DNA from: Gemmatimonadota bacterium
Lineage (GTDB): Bacteria > Latescibacterota > UBA2968 > UBA8231
Assembly (NCBI GenBank): GCA_038128265.1
Contig: JAYPJE010000029.1
Location: 1 to 36,347, forward strand
Direction: 5' to 3'
Length of the DNA: 36,347 nucleotides
Shown: positions 25,000-34,268 of the stretch, one piece after another
How the letters are laid out: each line of letters opens with the position of its first letter
Numbering within the stretch: the first letter of the stretch is position 1
Translations under genes and position numbers: made by a program
Notes under the pieces: model-generated
Databases searched by the model: none
What the model saw: only the letters and a program-made list of their open reading frames with translations
What the model was told of the DNA's origin: nothing

Positions 25000-25896
25000 A
25001 TGTCTCATCGACCTTCCGACTGCCGCGGTCCTTCCCTCAAGGTGGGCACTGCACTGCTCGCCGTGCTGCTGTGTGCTGCCGGCGTGCGCGCCGAAACGGC
25101 CAAGGTGCATTCGCCCACGGTTGAATCGGTCCGCCTGCTGATCGAAGAATCCATTCGACTCGGTGTTCCCCTTTACAACAGCGGCCAGCAAGAGGCCTGT
25201 GCTGCCGTGTACCGGACGGCACTCCGATCGCTGCAGCTATTGGCCGGCGTATCGGTCGATGGGCCGCGCCTAGAGCGGGTATTGCGCACGGCCGAAGGGC
25301 AGGAGCCCGATCGCAGCGCGTGGACACTGCGCTATGCGCTCGACGATATATACGAAACAATCAGAGAGGGGAATTCGTTGGCGAAAGGCGATTTTGAGCT
25401 GGATTTCCCCGCCGGTCGAGGCGGTGCGTGGTATGCCGTCAACGACAACGTCATGGGGGGCGTATCGCAGGGTGGATTCGCGCAAGGCGATGCGGGTACA
25501 GGTTTGTTTGCCGGCCGGTTGTCGATGCGCAACAACGGCGGCTTTAGCTCCGTTCGCACGCGCGTCGAAGGCGCTGCGTTGGCTGGCTATGATGGCATTG
25601 AAATGCGGGTGCGCGGCGACGGGCGCACCTACGCTCTGCTGGCTAGCGACGAAGGGGCGCGCGGCTCGTGGCAGCGCGCGTTCACCGCGCCGGAGCAGTG
25701 GCAAACCGTTCGCGTGCCCTTTGATGAGATGGCTCTGTCCATTCGCGGTTGGCGCCCGAATACCTATCCGCCGATCAGCGGTCGCCGAGTGCAGACGCTG
25801 GGCTTTATCATAAGCGATAAGGACGAGCGGCCGTTTCGGTTGGAAGTGGACTGGATGCGCGGCTACAGCGAAGAAACCAGGGCCGTCGAGCAGTGA
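25000..25896 (+). CDS. Secreted CIA30-family (galactose-binding-like fold) protein with an N-terminal helical domain
   Basis: Signal peptide ending AAGVRA; CIA30 motifs WYAVNDNVMGGVSQG, NNGGFSSVR, RVRGDGRTY, WQTVRVPF and F.LEVDW. Start at ATG 25000 with GGAG upstream. Confidence 0.85.
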   Translation: MSHRPSDCRGPSLKVGTALLAVLLCAAGVRAETAKVHSPTVESVRLLIEESIRLGVPLYNSGQQEACAAVYRTALRSLQLLAGVSVDGPRLERVLRTAEGQEPDRSAWTLRYALDDIYETIREGNSLAKGDFELDFPAGRGGAWYAVNDNVMGGVSQGGFAQGDAGTGLFAGRLSMRNNGGFSSVRTRVEGAALAGYDGIEMRVRGDGRTYALLASDEGARGSWQRAFTAPEQWQTVRVPFDEMALSIRGWRPNTYPPISGRRVQTLGFIISDKDERPFRLEVDWMRGYSEETRAVEQ

Positions 25897-25910
25897 TATA
25901 TTCCGCATCG

Positions 25911-25933
25911 AGCGGCGCGCGCTCTGCGCCGCT
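25911..25933. terminator. Short GC hairpin between convergent genes
   Basis: AGCGGCGC-N7-GCGCCGCT between the stops at 25896 (+) and 25932 (-); no U-tract. Confidence 0.35.
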
Positions 25934-26195
25934 AGGGCGTGTCGTTGGGGTTTTCGTTCTGGGCTGATGCAGCTCTTCGACGCAGCAGTTGAATGGCCAG
26001 CAGGACTAACGGGGCGCCGTGAAAGAATAGGTCGAAAATGTCAATCGGCCTGCTCAGCGTGCCGTCGAGCAGCATACGCGTCTTCTCTAGCAGATGCGGC
26101 TGCGGCTGGAAAGGTGCCAAGCCGAGCAGCACGGCGACGATAGCCAGACCACTGGTCGGTATCAGATCTAGCCACTTCCAACTCCATCGAATCAT
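25932..26195 (-). CDS. Small conserved two-TM membrane protein of unknown function
   Basis: 87 aa, LLGLAPFQPQPHLLEKTRMLLDGTLSRPIDIFDLFFHGAP; ATG 26195 overlaps the upstream TGA (ATGA coupling). Confidence 0.78.
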   Translation of the reverse strand: MIRWSWKWLDLIPTSGLAIVAVLLGLAPFQPQPHLLEKTRMLLDGTLSRPIDIFDLFFHGAPLVLLAIQLLRRRAASAQNENPNDTP

Positions 26196-27001
26196 GCGTT
26201 GGGATTCTCCATACCAATGCCTCGCTCGCGCCGTGCGGCTGCCTCGGCCAAGGCGGTCGTGCGCCAAGCGGCAAATTCCTCGGTATCCACAGCGTCGTGC
26301 AGGGTCGCGCGGCGGCCGTAGGGCACGTAGTTGCCCAAGTGCCATAGCGTATTGCGATAGAGGCAAAAATCGCCGGCGTCGAGGTGCAGCTGCACGGCAC
26401 CGGGCATACTGCGAACGTAGTTGAGACAGGCGCGTTCGCGCTCCGTGCTGCTCATATCGTCGAGGACCGGTCGGGCGATGGGGCGGTCGGGAAAGCGCTC
26501 GACTTCGCCGGGCAGGTCGCGTCGCAGATGCGAACCGGGCACCACCCACGTGCTGGAGTCGGCGTAGAGGGCGCAGTTGACCTGGTTGAAATAGCGATCA
26601 TCGAGAAAGTGCGCGTCCCAGGCGCTCAGATCGAGTCCGCTGACGTTGTCGCGCCAATCGCGGTGCCACTGGGTGCAGTAGGGCTGATCGGCCGGTTCGA
26701 GCAGTATGCCCAACACGTCGCGGTTGCCGTGCGCGTGCGCCGGCGATAGCAGTCTGTGAATAGCATCGTTGAGCGAGGCCAGCTCGGCGTAGTCGACAAA
26801 GGCTTGTTGCTCTATTTCAAAGCGCCCTACCGGCTGCAGCCGCTGCACCTGCGGGCCATTTTGCTGGCGAGCGATAGTGCGCGCTGCGTCGGCGGCACGG
26901 CGCAGGTCGGCTACTAGCCCCACAGGCAAGACCTGGCGGAAGACGGTATAGCCAAGCGTGCGGTATTCTTCGATGTGCTGGTCACAAAAGGCAAAGGACA
27001 T
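26192..27001 (-). CDS. PhyH family Fe(II)/2OG dioxygenase
   Basis: YRTLGYTVFRQVL, QWHRDWR (HxD), WVVPGSH, LDAGDFCLYRNTLWHLGNY...RATLH. Start placed at ATG 27001. Confidence 0.85.
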   Translation of the reverse strand: MSFAFCDQHIEEYRTLGYTVFRQVLPVGLVADLRRAADAARTIARQQNGPQVQRLQPVGRFEIEQQAFVDYAELASLNDAIHRLLSPAHAHGNRDVLGILLEPADQPYCTQWHRDWRDNVSGLDLSAWDAHFLDDRYFNQVNCALYADSSTWVVPGSHLRRDLPGEVERFPDRPIARPVLDDMSSTERERACLNYVRSMPGAVQLHLDAGDFCLYRNTLWHLGNYVPYGRRATLHDAVDTEEFAAWRTTALAEAAARRERGIGMENPNA

Positions 27002-27110
27002 AGCGCGTGCCCCCGCGTTGGTATGCTGCGTGTGCGCATAGTTTAATGGGTGTATCGCACTGCGTAAAGGAGCGAGCGAGCGGGTCAAATGGGTTGGCCG
27101 CGCTCGGCCT

Positions 27111-30100
27111 TTAGCGCACCAGCACCAGCGCTCCGCTAAAGGCCGCATCGCCGCCGCGATCGCCGTTGGCCACTATGCGGTATAGATAGGTACCGCTGGC
27201 CAGGCGCTGGCCAGCGACGTCGCGTCCGTCCCAGCCAACCTGGGCAAAACCCGCTGGCTGGTCGAATGGACCAAGCCGCTGTACTAGGCGACCGCTCAGG
27301 CCGAAGACTTCAATTTCGACTGCTGCTGGCTGTGAAAGCACGTAGGTGAAATGTGCTTCCTCGCGCACCGGATGCGGGTAGACAAGGGCATTGCGCACCT
27401 GCAGCGCGTCGTCGACATACAAAGTTAGGCGCTGCGATCCCAGCGTCTGCTCGCCGCGCAGCAACCGCGCCTCTAGGCGGTGCGCATGCGGCGCTAGCGC
27501 GGGTCGGAACAGCTGGTGCGCTATGGCGGGGAAAGCGTCTATGAGCGAGTCGGGTTCGACGACGGCGCCGTCGATGCGCACTTCCAATTGCCCGTCGCGT
27601 ACGTCCGGCGCAGAAATCAGTAAGCCCTGTCCGGCGCGCAGGGGATCGCCGCTGAGAAAAGGGCGATTGTCTGGCCAGAGAGCGATGTGGATTGGCAGGT
27701 GCCCTTCGACAAAGAGCGCGACTCGGCGGCGATTGTCTGCTGGGTCCACGTCGGGCTGCGCACCGCCGACCTCGGCAAATAGGTGCGCGCCTCGTGGCGG
27801 CAGCGACAGGCTGTCCACGCGGACGACGTGCGTTTGACCGCGCGCCAGGGACGGCAGGACGATTTGGCGAATGGGCTCCCGGCGATCGCTCTGCTCTAGG
27901 GTGAGCACGGCACCCTCGGTGCTGCTGTCCGACAGGTTGCGCACGGTCACTTCAACGCGCAAGCCGCCTGCCCCTTCGCGCCCTTCGGCGCGCGCAATAT
28001 CGAGCGACGGGCGCGGGGTGAAATCGAGGTCCCATTGGGCTAGCGCAGCCTCGGGCGAGTCGAAGCGCGCGCGCAGGCGGATGTGTGGATAGGTGTTGGC
28101 ATCGAGTGCGCTCAGGTCGATCGGGCCGGGGGCCAGGTCGCTCCATTCTGGCAGCGGCTGCCACTGGTCTCCGTCGGTCACTTCTACATCTACGCGCACG
28201 TCTCGACCGTCAAAAGACAGCGCGTGCCATTGGGCGACCGGTCCTATGGGTGTAGACGTCAGCGAGCCGCTGCGCACGCGCTCCAGGCCGCCGTAGCGAA
28301 AAACGGCCGAGCTGAACAGGTCGCCTAGCCAGACCTTGTTGTTGATCCAGTCGTACTGTCCGGTGATAACGCGCGTCACCTCCTGGTCGCTCTGCCACTC
28401 GTCGATAAAAGTGCCATCCTCGGCGTCGACCATGCGAATGCGGTGCTGGCCCTGCCATTCGATAAAATAGAGGTGCTCACCGTCGGCTAGCACGCCGTCG
28501 GTCCACTCGTAGGTAAAGCCGTTTTCCGTTGGCGGCGAGGTAAACTCGCGCAGCAAAGTCCACGCCTGTGCGGGGTCGAAAACGCGCACGCTCCAGGCGT
28601 TGCGCGCGCCCAGTGCCGTGCTCATGGCCACGTTGTATATGTATTGTCCATCGGAGGTGATGAGCGAGTGGCCATCCTCTACGCGGCCAAACTTCCACTC
28701 TAATAGGCCGTCTGGCACGGCGACGGTGTCGAGTGCACCGGTTGCCAGCGACAGTCGCTCGAGCTCAAACGCCTTGCCGCTCTCGTTGTATATGTAGCCA
28801 TCGCTGTGGTATGTCGCCGAAATGCCGGCCGTTGTCGAGTCGCCAAAGGTACCGAAGTTGCCGGTGCGAAAGGTGTCGTTCAAACCCGTTCCAATGCGCG
28901 TAAAGTAGTCGCTGCCTGGATATACGGTAGAATCGTCGTTGTACCAGCGCTTGGCGTAGAGCCAGGTGCCATCGGTTACGACGATGCCTGAGCCAGCGTG
29001 GTCGCGCACGGTAAAACCGTCTTCGCGCGTAGTGCTGTCGGGGCGCAGGGGCAGCGGTTGGGAGGACAGTCCCAGCCCATCGCTGCGCAGGGCAAAGGAG
29101 GCGTCGGCGTTGAGCGAAAGCTGGGTTCCACGCTGACGCCAGCGCGGTCCGGCGGTCGCGTTCAGGGAACGCATGGCGCTCCAGGGGCCGGGTACGCCGT
29201 CGGCGTGGAGGCGCACGCGCCAGAAATAAGTCGCGCCGTCGTTCAGCGTCGGACGGTAGGCGGCCAGGTGTTGGCTGGGTTCGATCAGCGGCGAGCGCGT
29301 GGCGTCGGCAAAGTCGGCGGCCGTAGCCAATTCAAATTCGCAAAAATATGGGCTGCCGTCAGCGGGCACGACTGCTTCCAGCGAAGCGTCGGCAGCGTCC
29401 GTGGCGGCGTTGTCGGCGGGAAAAATTGGCGTAGCCATCAGCGGTGCCAGCACGTCTACGCTGCGCGACAGGGCGTTGTTGTTTTCGTCGATTTCAGCCA
29501 CGCTGCGTGCGCTATCAACAAGCAGCTCTAAACGCACTGGGCCGCGGCGTGCACCAACGGGCCAGGCAAAAGACAGCGTGCGCTCGCCGCCAAACGGCGG
29601 TTCTACAACGCGCTGTAGCGTGTCGGGCACATCGCTACGGTCATCGTATAACAGCAGATCGACGCGCAGGCTATCGCCGCCCAGGCGTCCGTAGTTTGTC
29701 AGCTGAGCACTGACTTCTACCGTGCTGTGTCCGCGCACCGGCTCAGCGTGCAGGTCGAGTGCCAGCACGGCGTAGTCGGGTGCAGAGGGCAGCGCTAGTT
29801 TCTGTGCCGGATCGCCGAGGAGCTGCATCGTAAGGGCGGCATCGACCCAACTGGAGTGTGCGCTCAGCACCTGAGCTTTGGCGATGTCGAGCGCCGCGCC
29901 AAAAGAAGAGCCCTCAGAGCCCAACAGCGCGTCGTAAAAGCGATCGCCCAGCAGGTCATTTTGGGCGACGAAACTCTTGGCGCTAGCGGAGATGTAGGCT
30001 ATGGCACCGCCTTCTTGACGGTTGGTAAAGGCTTCGGCCAACCCCGTAACTGTGGGGTTGGCAAAGAGGCCGTTGAGGCAGGACAGGGCCAGAACCAACG

Positions 30101-32537
30101 GCAGGTGACGCCCGTTTTGCACCTGGGCTAGATAGCCCCAGTCGGGCAGGCTCAGCGTAAAGAGCGACTGCATGGTGCCCGGGCTGCCGTGGCCGTTGAA
30201 GTTGAGCAACAGCGCCCCGTCGTTGAGCGCGTCGAGAAATGAGTTTCCCGTTGTGTTGGGAATGGCGCCTTCGTCGGGGTTGTAGATCTTGATTGACTGC
30301 AGGCCTACGGGTTCGGTATAGCGCGCGGCTAGCGAGTCGCTGGGCTGAGAAAAGATTGCCTTGGGATGGTGGTTGGCCAGGTAGATGGCGCGCGTGCGCC
30401 AGGCGCCCGGAGTTGGTGAGTCATAGGCGATTATTTTATCGACCACGGCATCGGCTTCGGCCGGCGAAGAGGCGGCGAGTCGACCAATCGAAAGGTCGGG
30501 CAATAAATCGTCGCCGTCGACCAGGGCGTAGAGAAAGTCGCTGGGGGCCAGGCCCCGCCCGCGCGACTGGTAGTAGATGCTCGGCACGAGAGCGGGTCGA
30601 CCGCCGCCAATAATGTTGCGGTAGTCCCACGTATCGTCGCCTAGTAGGAGAACGTAGCGCGGCCGCTGCGTCCAGCGATGGTAAGCGTGTTCTATAAAAG
30701 AGGCGATGGCCTCGGCGTCCATTAGGCCGTAGTTGAATTCGTCATACAGGTCCTGACTAGAAATGGCTACTGCGCTCAGACCGCTAGCGCGCCGATGGTC
30801 GGCCAGGCGCTCGGCCGCATCGGCTAGTCGCGGATCGCTGATGATTAGGTAATCGGCACCGGCAAAGCCGCGCCAGTTGGATGCCGTGTCGCGCGTTCCT
30901 CTGGGACGGAGAAAATGCGTGCTGTCGGCCATGACGTAGTGCGCTTCCCCGTCCGTGCGATCTTCGAATGTCGCGGAGTACGTCCCATCGCTATCTGCCA
31001 CGGAAAAATCGACTAGCCGCGCAGCGGAATGCAGCTCGAAGATTTCTATGTGTGGGTGCGTGAAGCGCTGCGCCTCTATGCGATGGCCTTCCGAAGAGGG
31101 ATAGGCGAATTCTAGGTAGCCAACGTGGGCAATAAAGCGACGAAAATAGTCGATTTCAAACCAGTTGAACCACATCAGATCGAACTTGGCCTGATCGGCG
31201 AATACCTGTAGGAGGATGCGGTTGCGCCCTTCTTTAAGCAGGCTAGAGTTCACCTTTGCTTCGCCGAGAAAGTCGACCATACCGCTACCGGCAGCCCCCC
31301 ACACTGTATCGACCAGAACTTCGCGCGCGTTCAGCTTGAGCACGGTGTGATGGCCCAGGTCGGATGCGCCGTGCAGCGCTACGCGGATCTGGGCATCATA
31401 CTCGCGCTCCATATCGGGATAGAGCAGGTCGCCGGGAAACTCTGCGGCGGAAGGCACGTCGGGCTTCGTCGCGGTGAGCGGCTTGTTGTTGAGCGTCCAA
31501 AACCAGTGGTCGCGCTCGGCGTTGGGCGCCGACGCAAGCGCATCAAAATACAGGTCGCGTTCAAAGTGTTCGGTATGCCAGAACGAATGCACCTGCGGAA
31601 ACGTCCTATCGGGCGCACCGCTGCGTTCGGTATAGCGCCGTCCTGTCTGGCTGCCCCAGGTCAGCCAGTAGGCATTTTCTCGCCCGTAGAGACTCTCGTG
31701 ATCGCGCTCGTCGCGGCGAAAGCGCCCGTGGAAGAGCAGGTAGTCGCCTTCGTTAAAGCGGCCATCGTCTTCGCCTACAATGTGGAGCGGCTGTTCCTCA
31801 CCCCGATAGAATAGCTGCAGCGTATGGGGGTCGATGGCGTCGACGTCGGCCATACGCGTCAGCCAAGCTCGGTCAATCCGATAGAGGCCGTCGGTCTCGA
31901 CGCTTATGCGGATCCACGGCTGCGTTGCTTCATACCAGGCATCTTGGGCTGCTTTAGCCAGAGGAGTGGGTGCGGCAAAACCGGTAGTTTGATCTGCGTT
32001 GAGAAACGCGGCGTAGATCTCGTCCAAAGCGAGCGCGGTCTTTGGAGTCTTTGCCCTGCGCCCTCCAACAAAGCGTATCTCGATGCGTAGATGAGTATAG
32101 ACGCGCAGCGCTCGACGATCGGCGTCGTAGCGATAGGGATGCAGCTGTAGGGCGTGGGCGGGTATACCGCGCAGTAGGCCGACGTAGCGGCTGGCGACCA
32201 GGTCGGGTGGTGCGTGGGGCTCCATCTCGACGTCGGTGAACTCCTCGTAGTCGGCGCTGCGCACGCGCACGTCTAGCTGGGCACCGGTAGGTGCGGCGAC
32301 TAGCCGGCTGACAAAGGGCAGCTGCGCCGAGTCGAGGCGCGCCAGCCCGGGCGGTGTCGACGCCAAGTCCGCCGGTAGAGGGGGCGGAAAAAAGTCCAGC
32401 ACCAAGCCATTACGATCGCTCTCCAGCACGTTGACTAGCGGACGTGCCGAAGCTTCTACAGCTGCCACACAAATGAGCAGCAGAAAGAGTAGCGGTATGG
32501 GGCGTTGGGCTGAAACGCGCAAGAGATGGTCGCTCAA
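27111..32537 (-). CDS. Large secreted C25 family (gingipain/PorU-like) cysteine peptidase with CARDB-like Ig domains and C-terminal FlgD-Ig domain
   Basis: Signal peptide ending VEASA; propeptide-like region; ADYLII, YDEFNYG, YVLLLGD, LSIGRL, NFNGHG (His), LSCLNG (Cys), GGAIAYI and LLGDP; EIDENNN (CARDB); C-terminal YPHP..F.Y.L...WDGRD..G..LASGTYLYRI. Confidence 0.9.
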   Translation of the reverse strand: MSDHLLRVSAQRPIPLLFLLLICVAAVEASARPLVNVLESDRNGLVLDFFPPPLPADLASTPPGLARLDSAQLPFVSRLVAAPTGAQLDVRVRSADYEEFTDVEMEPHAPPDLVASRYVGLLRGIPAHALQLHPYRYDADRRALRVYTHLRIEIRFVGGRRAKTPKTALALDEIYAAFLNADQTTGFAAPTPLAKAAQDAWYEATQPWIRISVETDGLYRIDRAWLTRMADVDAIDPHTLQLFYRGEEQPLHIVGEDDGRFNEGDYLLFHGRFRRDERDHESLYGRENAYWLTWGSQTGRRYTERSGAPDRTFPQVHSFWHTEHFERDLYFDALASAPNAERDHWFWTLNNKPLTATKPDVPSAAEFPGDLLYPDMEREYDAQIRVALHGASDLGHHTVLKLNAREVLVDTVWGAAGSGMVDFLGEAKVNSSLLKEGRNRILLQVFADQAKFDLMWFNWFEIDYFRRFIAHVGYLEFAYPSSEGHRIEAQRFTHPHIEIFELHSAARLVDFSVADSDGTYSATFEDRTDGEAHYVMADSTHFLRPRGTRDTASNWRGFAGADYLIISDPRLADAAERLADHRRASGLSAVAISSQDLYDEFNYGLMDAEAIASFIEHAYHRWTQRPRYVLLLGDDTWDYRNIIGGGRPALVPSIYYQSRGRGLAPSDFLYALVDGDDLLPDLSIGRLAASSPAEADAVVDKIIAYDSPTPGAWRTRAIYLANHHPKAIFSQPSDSLAARYTEPVGLQSIKIYNPDEGAIPNTTGNSFLDALNDGALLLNFNGHGSPGTMQSLFTLSLPDWGYLAQVQNGRHLPLVLALSCLNGLFANPTVTGLAEAFTNRQEGGAIAYISASAKSFVAQNDLLGDRFYDALLGSEGSSFGAALDIAKAQVLSAHSSWVDAALTMQLLGDPAQKLALPSAPDYAVLALDLHAEPVRGHSTVEVSAQLTNYGRLGGDSLRVDLLLYDDRSDVPDTLQRVVEPPFGGERTLSFAWPVGARRGPVRLELLVDSARSVAEIDENNNALSRSVDVLAPLMATPIFPADNAATDAADASLEAVVPADGSPYFCEFELATAADFADATRSPLIEPSQHLAAYRPTLNDGATYFWRVRLHADGVPGPWSAMRSLNATAGPRWRQRGTQLSLNADASFALRSDGLGLSSQPLPLRPDSTTREDGFTVRDHAGSGIVVTDGTWLYAKRWYNDDSTVYPGSDYFTRIGTGLNDTFRTGNFGTFGDSTTAGISATYHSDGYIYNESGKAFELERLSLATGALDTVAVPDGLLEWKFGRVEDGHSLITSDGQYIYNVAMSTALGARNAWSVRVFDPAQAWTLLREFTSPPTENGFTYEWTDGVLADGEHLYFIEWQGQHRIRMVDAEDGTFIDEWQSDQEVTRVITGQYDWINNKVWLGDLFSSAVFRYGGLERVRSGSLTSTPIGPVAQWHALSFDGRDVRVDVEVTDGDQWQPLPEWSDLAPGPIDLSALDANTYPHIRLRARFDSPEAALAQWDLDFTPRPSLDIARAEGREGAGGLRVEVTVRNLSDSSTEGAVLTLEQSDRREPIRQIVLPSLARGQTHVVRVDSLSLPPRGAHLFAEVGGAQPDVDPADNRRRVALFVEGHLPIHIALWPDNRPFLSGDPLRAGQGLLISAPDVRDGQLEVRIDGAVVEPDSLIDAFPAIAHQLFRPALAPHAHRLEARLLRGEQTLGSQRLTLYVDDALQVRNALVYPHPVREEAHFTYVLSQPAAVEIEVFGLSGRLVQRLGPFDQPAGFAQVGWDGRDVAGQRLASGTYLYRIVANGDRGGDAAFSGALVLVR

Positions 32538-32787
32538 AATGCAGTCGTTATCGGTCGAGTGGGCGGCCCCGGCGCTCTTCTGGCAGAACGCTGTGCTCTA
32601 CGGTAGAAAAGGGGTGCGCTATAGGTCGCATCGCGGCGTTGAGCCCGCCGACAGTGGGTAGGCGACAACACATGCTTTTAACTAAGGTTTTCCCGCTAAA
32701 AAGTCCAGCGCGGATCGCCGCTTAGGGGGGCGAATTCAAACGCGACAGACGCTTCGTGCACGCGGCGTGTTCCCCGTCAGAGCAATG

Positions 32788-32816
32788 TTGACAGGGATCG
32801 TCGATGAGTATACTAT
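32788..32816 (+). promoter_or_regulatory. Sigma70 promoter of gltA
   Basis: TTGACA(32788-93)-N17-TACTAT(32811-16); SD AGGAG at 32855-59. Confidence 0.75.
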
Positions 32817-32867
32817 CATTGGGCTGCGCCCGCATAGGGAGCCCGGAATGGAAAAGGAGAACCGATC

Positions 32868-34148
32868 ATGACCGATACAGCAAAATTGATACTAGGAGAC
32901 GCGAGCGTCGAATTGCCCATCGTCGTCGGTTCGGAGGGCGAACGGGCGATCGATATTTCTAAGCTGCGCGCCGAAACGGGATACATCACGCTGGATCAGG
33001 GGTATGGAAACACCGGTTCCTGCCAGAGCGACATCACCTTTATCGACGGCGAAAAAGGCATTTTGCGCTACCGCGGCTATCCGATTGAAGAGCTAGCGGA
33101 AAAGAGCACGTTTATCGAAACGGCCTATTTGCTCATTTGGGGCGAGCTGCCCACGCAAGAACAGCTGCGGAAATTCAGCGACCTGCTAACCGGCCACCAG
33201 ATGCTGCACGAGGCTATTCGCCGCCACTTTGATCTGTTCCCTTCGAGCTCCCCGCCCATGGCCGTGCTGTCTTCCGTGCTCAACGCGCTGAGCTGCTTCC
33301 ACCCACAGCTATTGGAAATCACCGACGATAATTCTTTCCAGGAAGCCGTGGCGCGCATTATGGCTAAGGTGCGCACGATAGCGGCCTTTTCTTATCGCCA
33401 TGCTCTGGGATACAACATCGTCTATCCGCATCCGGACAAAAAGTACAGCGCCAACTTCTTGCACATGATGTTTAGTCAGCCGTACAAGGACTTTGAGCCG
33501 GACCCGGTGATCGTGCGCGCGCTAGACACGATCTTACTCCTGCACGCCGATCACGAGCAGAACTGCTCTACTTCTACTGTGCGCATGGTCGGCAGCAGCG
33601 AAGCCAACCTCTTCGCGTCGGTTGCCGCCGGGGTTTGTGCCCTCTGGGGTCCGCTGCACGGCGGTGCCAATGTGGCCGTTGTCGATATGCTCGAAAGCAT
33701 GATTGCCGAAGGCCTGTCTGTGAAGGACTTTGTTTCGCAGGTTAAAGACAAGAAGAACGGCATTCGCCTCATGGGCTTTGGCCACCGCGTATACAAGAAC
33801 TTTGACCCGCGTGCTAAGATCATCAAAAATATCTGTGCCGAGGTGCTGGCCAAGCTCAATATAGACGACCCAATGCTAGCTATGGCAGAGGAGTTGGAGG
33901 CTGCTGCCCTTGAGGAAGACTACTTTGTTTCGCGCAAACTCTATCCCAACGTCGATTTCTACAGCGGCGTTATTCTGCGCGCCATCGGCATACCCAAAGA
34001 AATGTTCACGGTGATGTTTGCGATCGGTCGCATGCCCGGTTGGATTGCCCAGTGGCATGAAGAGAGCAAGTTCACCAAGATCAGCCGTCCGCGCCAGGTT
34101 TATACGGGAGCGGAGCAGCGTGCATATGTGCCGATGGCAGAACGTTAG
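32868..34148 (+). CDS. gltA: Citrate synthase (type II, Gram-negative type)
   Basis: ITFIDGEKGILRYRGYPIE, LLHADHEQNCSTSTVR, GPLHGGAN, LMGFGHRVYKNFDPRA, LYPNVDFYSG and RPRQVY. Confidence 0.97.
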   Translation: MTDTAKLILGDASVELPIVVGSEGERAIDISKLRAETGYITLDQGYGNTGSCQSDITFIDGEKGILRYRGYPIEELAEKSTFIETAYLLIWGELPTQEQLRKFSDLLTGHQMLHEAIRRHFDLFPSSSPPMAVLSSVLNALSCFHPQLLEITDDNSFQEAVARIMAKVRTIAAFSYRHALGYNIVYPHPDKKYSANFLHMMFSQPYKDFEPDPVIVRALDTILLLHADHEQNCSTSTVRMVGSSEANLFASVAAGVCALWGPLHGGANVAVVDMLESMIAEGLSVKDFVSQVKDKKNGIRLMGFGHRVYKNFDPRAKIIKNICAEVLAKLNIDDPMLAMAEELEAAALEEDYFVSRKLYPNVDFYSGVILRAIGIPKEMFTVMFAIGRMPGWIAQWHEESKFTKISRPRQVYTGAEQRAYVPMAER

Positions 34149-34165
34149 TCGCGCAGTAGATATAG

Positions 34166-34208
34166 ACGACAAAAGGGCGGAGCGCTGTGCGCTCCGCCCT
34201 TTTGTCGT
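34166..34208. terminator. Bidirectional rho-independent terminator
   Basis: ACGACAAAAGGGCGGAGCGC-TGT-GCGCTCCGCCCTTTTGTCGT, a 20-bp perfect stem with T-tracts on both strands, between convergent genes. Confidence 0.9.
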
Positions 34209-34268
34209 TCTGATATGATAACGAGGCCCCTTTGCGCGCGCCCGTCTCTGAGTATGGGCGTGCTTTTT

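Noticed and set aside
26196..26549. Upstream part of the 205-aa minus-strand ORF
   Set aside because: Out-of-frame overlap with the PhyH gene; only the ATGA-coupled last 87 codons look like a real protein.
32767..32776. GTGTTCCCCG resembling the start of a type I-E CRISPR repeat
   Set aside because: Single 10-bp match with no second repeat, no spacers and no cas genes.
32538..32787. 250-bp intergenic region as a possible ncRNA or riboswitch
   Set aside because: No recognisable RNA motif or strong stem; explained as the divergent promoter region of the C25 gene and gltA.
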